A stretch of DNA of 64,000 nt from Tubulanus polymorphus (Eukaryota; Animalia; Nemertea), in assembly GCF_964204645.1 (NCBI RefSeq), contig NC_134031.1, positions 4,278,001 to 4,342,000 of the forward strand, in the 5' to 3' direction. The position numbers and the translations under genes were made by a program. Below, in pieces: positions 59,001 to 64,000 of this stretch. The notes beneath the pieces were generated by a model, which saw nothing but the letters and a program-made list of their open reading frames with translations, ran no database searches and had not been told where the DNA came from. How positions within the stretch are numbered: position 1 is the first letter of the stretch; each line of letters starts with the position of its first letter.

Positions 59001-59822
59001 TTCGTTCTCGTAACAAATCTCTTCAGGATATGTACTCATATATCACACGTCATGCGGTCATTAAATAATCATCGTTTTTGTAATCAATCTTTTTCGTAAA
59101 ACAACAGTTAAAGCTACACTTTACACAACGAACAAAATCGTTTTTCCATCATTCGCTTTAGGAAAATAATATAATCTTCAGTCTATATTCAGTGTATTTA
59201 CATACATTTACATGTAAAATCATTTCAGCAGCTTATATATATGTGTGTATATAATATGTATACCGTATATGATATTATCGATGTTACCCCTAAACTGGCC
59301 GTTAAAGCCTGAACTCGACAACTTAGCTCTACTTTTTTTTTCAATGAAATTGCACATACAGGCATCGTTGAATAGATCGGTTCGTATTGTATAATATATA
59401 ACAGCTTAAAAGCTTTGCGACAGCTTTTTCTTTCTACGTTACGGGATTAACAGACGTGTTTATCATATGGCACAATGAAACAGAGAAATCGATTAGGCCA
59501 GTTCCACATTTTGAGTGGTGCTACATTAGACAACAGATTCGATCATCGGAAATGAGCTATGTCGACTTGGCGGTCACAGCGCGGAACTGGGTACTTTAGA
59601 TAATCAATAGAGGTTCAAATATATGCGCTTAATTCAGATAAGTTTAATCCAGATTATGACCCAATCCAGATAATATTTCAACCTATATATAAATGTTTGA
59701 AGTTTGATGATCTCTTATGAATCGGATGAACTTCATCGGTCCCAAATGATCTGAATTAAGCGGTGAGTTCTATTAAATGCATATACCATTTAAAATCATT
59801 AACACCTCATTAAAAAGAATTA

Positions 59823-60381
59823 CAGTCAACTCTCGGTTATCCCCCATTCCCGGCTACCGCCGAGTAAAAGCTTTGTGCCGAATTAATTAATGCTTTTTAG
59901 CTTCCGATTTTTCATATCCGAAAATCCGTACTCTTCTCAATTTATTGAAAAAATCTTACAATGTTTGTACATTTAGGTTCGATTATCTGCCATCAAAAAT
60001 ATTCAATGCATGTAGATTACAAATTTACTAATCGGCAACAATAGGTCAATGTATATTATTACACTGATACTGTTGTTTGTAAATCAACTCCGGACGTTGT
60101 CCTCCAACTCATCCCCCATGTGAACATCTATGTTAGACTACAGGGACTACTGGTATTAAAATCTCATCACAGGGTACAATTGATAAATATGGATATTTCA
60201 GATGATAGAAAACTTTTCACTTCTTTTCATAAAAGGCAGAGTTTAACAAAACAGTTCATGAGTTTATAGAAAACAGCTTGTTGATAATACGATAAAAAAA
60301 TGGTCGCTTAATTTCAGGGTCTTGCACAAAACGAAAATTTCCGAAACTCGTTTATAGTGGCAGATAACCGGGAGTTGATTG
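59823..60381. mobile_element. Tc1/mariner-type MITE
   Basis: TA|CAGTCAACTCTCGGTTATC ... GATAACCGGGAGTTGATTG|TA. Confidence 0.75.
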
Positions 60382-60658
60382 TAGCTTGCGCAATGAGAGA
60401 ATACATCATACATTCAATCCTGTATCGATAGTACACATATCTATTACTATTTTTAAAGACATTTCATTTTGTTTCCGATCAGATCTTCAGTTAATATCAC
60501 ACCAAAAACCATAATCATACATTAAATGGAGCACAATGTGTATTAAAACTGGGCAAGGTTCTTCTATAAGTCTATAGAGAACCAAAATGGCCTTATACTG
60601 GGCTTGAAGACTTGACTGTACGACTAGCTCAGGTGGACGATCCCTTGCACGTGGTCGT

Positions 60659-63600
60659 CTACTTATTCAGCGAACCGTGGTACTGCCCCGAACAAGCTGA
60701 ATATTTTACACCGTTACACGGTGTTATGTTATATTGATGTTTCAATTGTCCGAGCGAATCGAGCAGACGATTGTTAGCCGCATCGAGAGCGTGTAATCGG
60801 CGATCCTGGTTCTGTATTATACGCTCTTTCTGACCGACGATTCCGTGCAGTTCTTGTTGTTCCTTGCACAACTCCTCTTCAACCGTGATCAATCTGCGAT
60901 AATCAAAACATCAAAATCAGTAAGAATTTTTCATAATCAACCAGTACTACAAGGCCAACTGCCCATCGTATTAAACTCAGAGTCCAAGGACACCATGTCT
61001 GAAATGCTTGACAATCCAACAATTTCAACATTCAGTGCCTCCTGGTGAACATACAGAGAAACCGATGACCTCGCAAGAATCATAAAACATGTAACGAGCT
61101 ACAATTGCGCAATTGAATGCGGTAACAAAATACGCGGAGATGTAAAAATGGCAATACTATTGATAACTTATATAGCCCTCTGGTGAAGGAATGCTAATGA
61201 TGCTAACTGGTGGTGAAAATAATACACTCACTGGGTAATTCCAATTCTTTGTGAAGAAATGCGTCATTGACAGTGCTATCAATTATAGAATATTTAGATT
61301 CAAGTTAAACATGTTGATATTTTCCTAAAAACCCATCCCCGATATATGAAACTAAGATGGCCAATGACTGCATAACAATCGACTGATACAAAAACCCGTC
61401 TGATATGTTAAGATCTCTTCCCAATGTATACCAAGCACAAATGTCAATGTATACAACAAACTTTAAAGCTAAATGACCTCTATTGGAACAAAAAAGGTCA
61501 CCAGACAGCCATCTTATTTTCGATTAAACCAATTTTCCTCAATAACAGACAAACGAATGTACAATTGGTGAAAGTAAACGCAATAGCCTGCTGGGGCTTT
61601 CCCCAAGTGATCTAATCACATGAGGAGTTAGAGACCATCATATCTCGTGTGACATCCAGTAGTTGATTAATGAACCGTGATGGAATAAGCATGAGTCATA
61701 TTCTATAATAATAAACGGCTGAATTACAAAGCTTAACTATTCAGAGACATAGCAACTGTAGTACATGATTTCTTCAAGCTAAACTCGCTATACATGTATT
61801 TAAGAGTAACAAACAAAAAATCCTCAATCATTAAAACAGTGAATGAAACATGCAGCGAATCACACAGGAAACTAAAAAGGTTTAATGCTTGAATGGACAT
61901 ATCTGAAGCAAAGTTTTAGTTCCATGCGGTTGAATCATTATTGAATTTTTAAGAGTTTTTTTATAAGAGTTGCGAAGTTCAAATCTCGAGTCAGAATAAA
62001 TCGATCATCGAAAATGCCCATGCTATGTAGAAATAAGCAACTGTTGAACTACGGTGAGTCGTTGGGTGGGGGTTAGTGAACAACATGAAGCTTGTATATA
62101 GTTGTGTAGATAAATACCGTGTATATCGCTGTTAGTAGTGAACCAAGCATCTCTCTGGTGTTAAATCAACGTTTGATACCTTTGTATGATGCCTTTCATT
62201 TGTCCGTCTTTCTCTGTCGGTTTGATCGACAGTTCGTTGTTTTCGAGTTTGTGTTGCCACTGTCGGATCAAGTGTTCCTGGTTCGATTCTTTCTGGTGCA
62301 GTTTTTCCTCGGCCTCGCGTAGACGTGCCTGAGTTTCGGCGAGTTGCTTCGATAGTTTGTCGATCTCGCTTTCGTACTGAAATCAGACAATCGCGCCAAT
62401 GATTAACGACGGGATAGAACGATTCGTTTAGGCTGAAAATGCAGCTTCGTTACACAAACGAGTAATTAAATGGAAAATGGAAATTTTTTTTTCACAAAAA
62501 CCTAGGATATAGTAGAATAACCACACTCAAACGTGGAGAATAAATGATATAATAAATACCCACTACGTACAGATTAGAAATTTTGAAAACCAAGAATTTA
62601 TTGAATCAAAATTCTTTAAGACACAACATTTCGAACTGTCACTAGAGATCATCATCAGGTGCGTGAACAATGATCTCAAATGACCTATAAAGTCAAATGA
62701 TAAAGACAATTGTATGTAGGTTACGTGGTTACATGAAGCTGTATTCAGGTGGTGTTAATCCAGATTAAAAAGGTTTTTATCATTCTGGGGGGGGGGGGGG
62801 CAATTGTCCTAGAATCCTCAAATGAGAGTACAAAATGTTGTGTCATCTTAAAACTTTTTGATTCAATTAATTCTTGGTTTTAAAACTTTTAAATCTGTAC
62901 ATAGTGGGTTTTTATCGCACGAGCCTATGATATGTACGTATTTCTAACATGCAGGGGACAAAAAACTATAGGCTATGACCATGTCCACTCTCGAGATTCT
63001 GTACACATGAATGAAAAAGCGTTTGATGAAAAAAGTAAACTAAGACCATATAAGGGCGCTGAGATCGGTAGAATATAATAGCACCCTGACAATCGGTACT
63101 TACAGGATGTTTTTTATATCGCGTAAGCTTCGTTTAAAACACAAGCACTCATTGAGTTACGATACGAAAATAAATCACGACTTCGAATTTTTCAATATTA
63201 TACACGATCTATTAAATATTCACCTCTACTTTGCTGAGTTCTTGCGCTTGTAGTTTATGTTGTACGGAGCGCACGCCCATTCGGATCGATCCCGTCGGTA
63301 TCGGCAGCGAAGCTCTACGCTGACTGTTCGCCGGGTTATATCTCGGGCTGTCCGGCGGCGTCGACCATCCTGGAGAAATGTCCCAATTCGCGCCGGAGTG
63401 CGACGTCGTCGATATCACCGTATCGGTCGCCGTACGCCGCATGTGACTAACCGGCGCGCTTTGTTGCGACGAATTGCTTTTCGAAACGGAAAAATCGGCG
63501 CTACGCGAAATGTTTTTATCTTGGTTAGCCATCCACGACGATTTGGAAGTCTGTCCCGGCGACGGGGGCGAGGTTAACGTCGGCGACGCAAGCGTCAAAC

Positions 63601-64000
63601 TCGCCGATCGGTAACAACCGGGCGACGACGAAAGCGAAGACGAACGATAGTGTCGCGCTTTACCGCTAGGCGGCATCAGTAAGCATTCATCGCTGCGAGA
63701 CGATCCGGTGAATCGCGGCACGTTCAAATCAACCGGTTTGATGACCGGCGAACGCGGCGGAACTTTGCGTTCGCGGCGTTGTAACGAACCGTCCTCGCTG
63801 CTCGTCGAGCCCGAACTCACCGACGAGACTTTCTTCGAACGTCCGACGCTATTATTGTGACTAGAACTGTTGGCTGGATGATGATGATGATGATGAGGTT
63901 GAGGATGATGTTGATGATGTCTATAAACGGGGTTAGCGAACGATAACGGCTGCCGCGGCGTCGGGGTTATTTCCGGTACGGCTGCCGAATCGACCGGCGA
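60659..64000 (-). CDS. RasGAP of the SynGAP/DAB2IP/RASAL2 (raskol) family, 3' exons
   Basis: Exons 63224->64000, 62179-62376, 60659-60893. C-terminal coiled coil KDGQMKGIIQRLITVEEEL...QKERIIQNQDRRLHALDAANNRLLDSLGQLK. Confidence 0.88.
62557..62910. mobile_element. Inverted-repeat Penelope-like remnant with a degenerate hammerhead (62621-62662, minus)
   Basis: ~75-bp inverted arms at 62557-62631 and 62832-62910; minus strand CUGAUGA...GAAAUGUUGUG. Confidence 0.55.

Overview
AT-rich, intron-rich metazoan (invertebrate, probably lophotrochozoan-like; species not determinable) genomic DNA. Protein-coding genes, left to right: mitochondrial valyl-tRNA synthetase (VARS2-like, minus, runs off the left edge); C9orf78/TLS1 head-to-head with it; an MCH1/nodulin-like MFS transporter (minus, first exon not found); an intronless three-RRM ELAV/Sex-lethal-like gene; intronless TMEM50; ACTR5; SURF6; a multi-C2H2 zinc-finger gene; and the 3' end of a SynGAP/DAB2IP/RASAL2-family RasGAP. 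MITEs, Helitron-like repeats, tRNA-derived SINE-like fragments and Penelope-type hammerhead ribozymes are interspersed. The most unusual part is the ~6.5 kb ORF-less interval at ~10.1-16.6 kb. It reads as a spliced, TATA-driven minus-strand long non-coding RNA carrying a dense cluster of sites complementary to miR-184 and miR-34, a miR-190 site with decay-trigger-like geometry, an 8-unit array of a conserved motif plus variable RNA hairpins, larger structured domains and several Pumilio elements. This is a candidate undescribed multi-miRNA decoy/scaffold RNA. miRNA sequences were compared from memory, and nothing here has been checked computationally.
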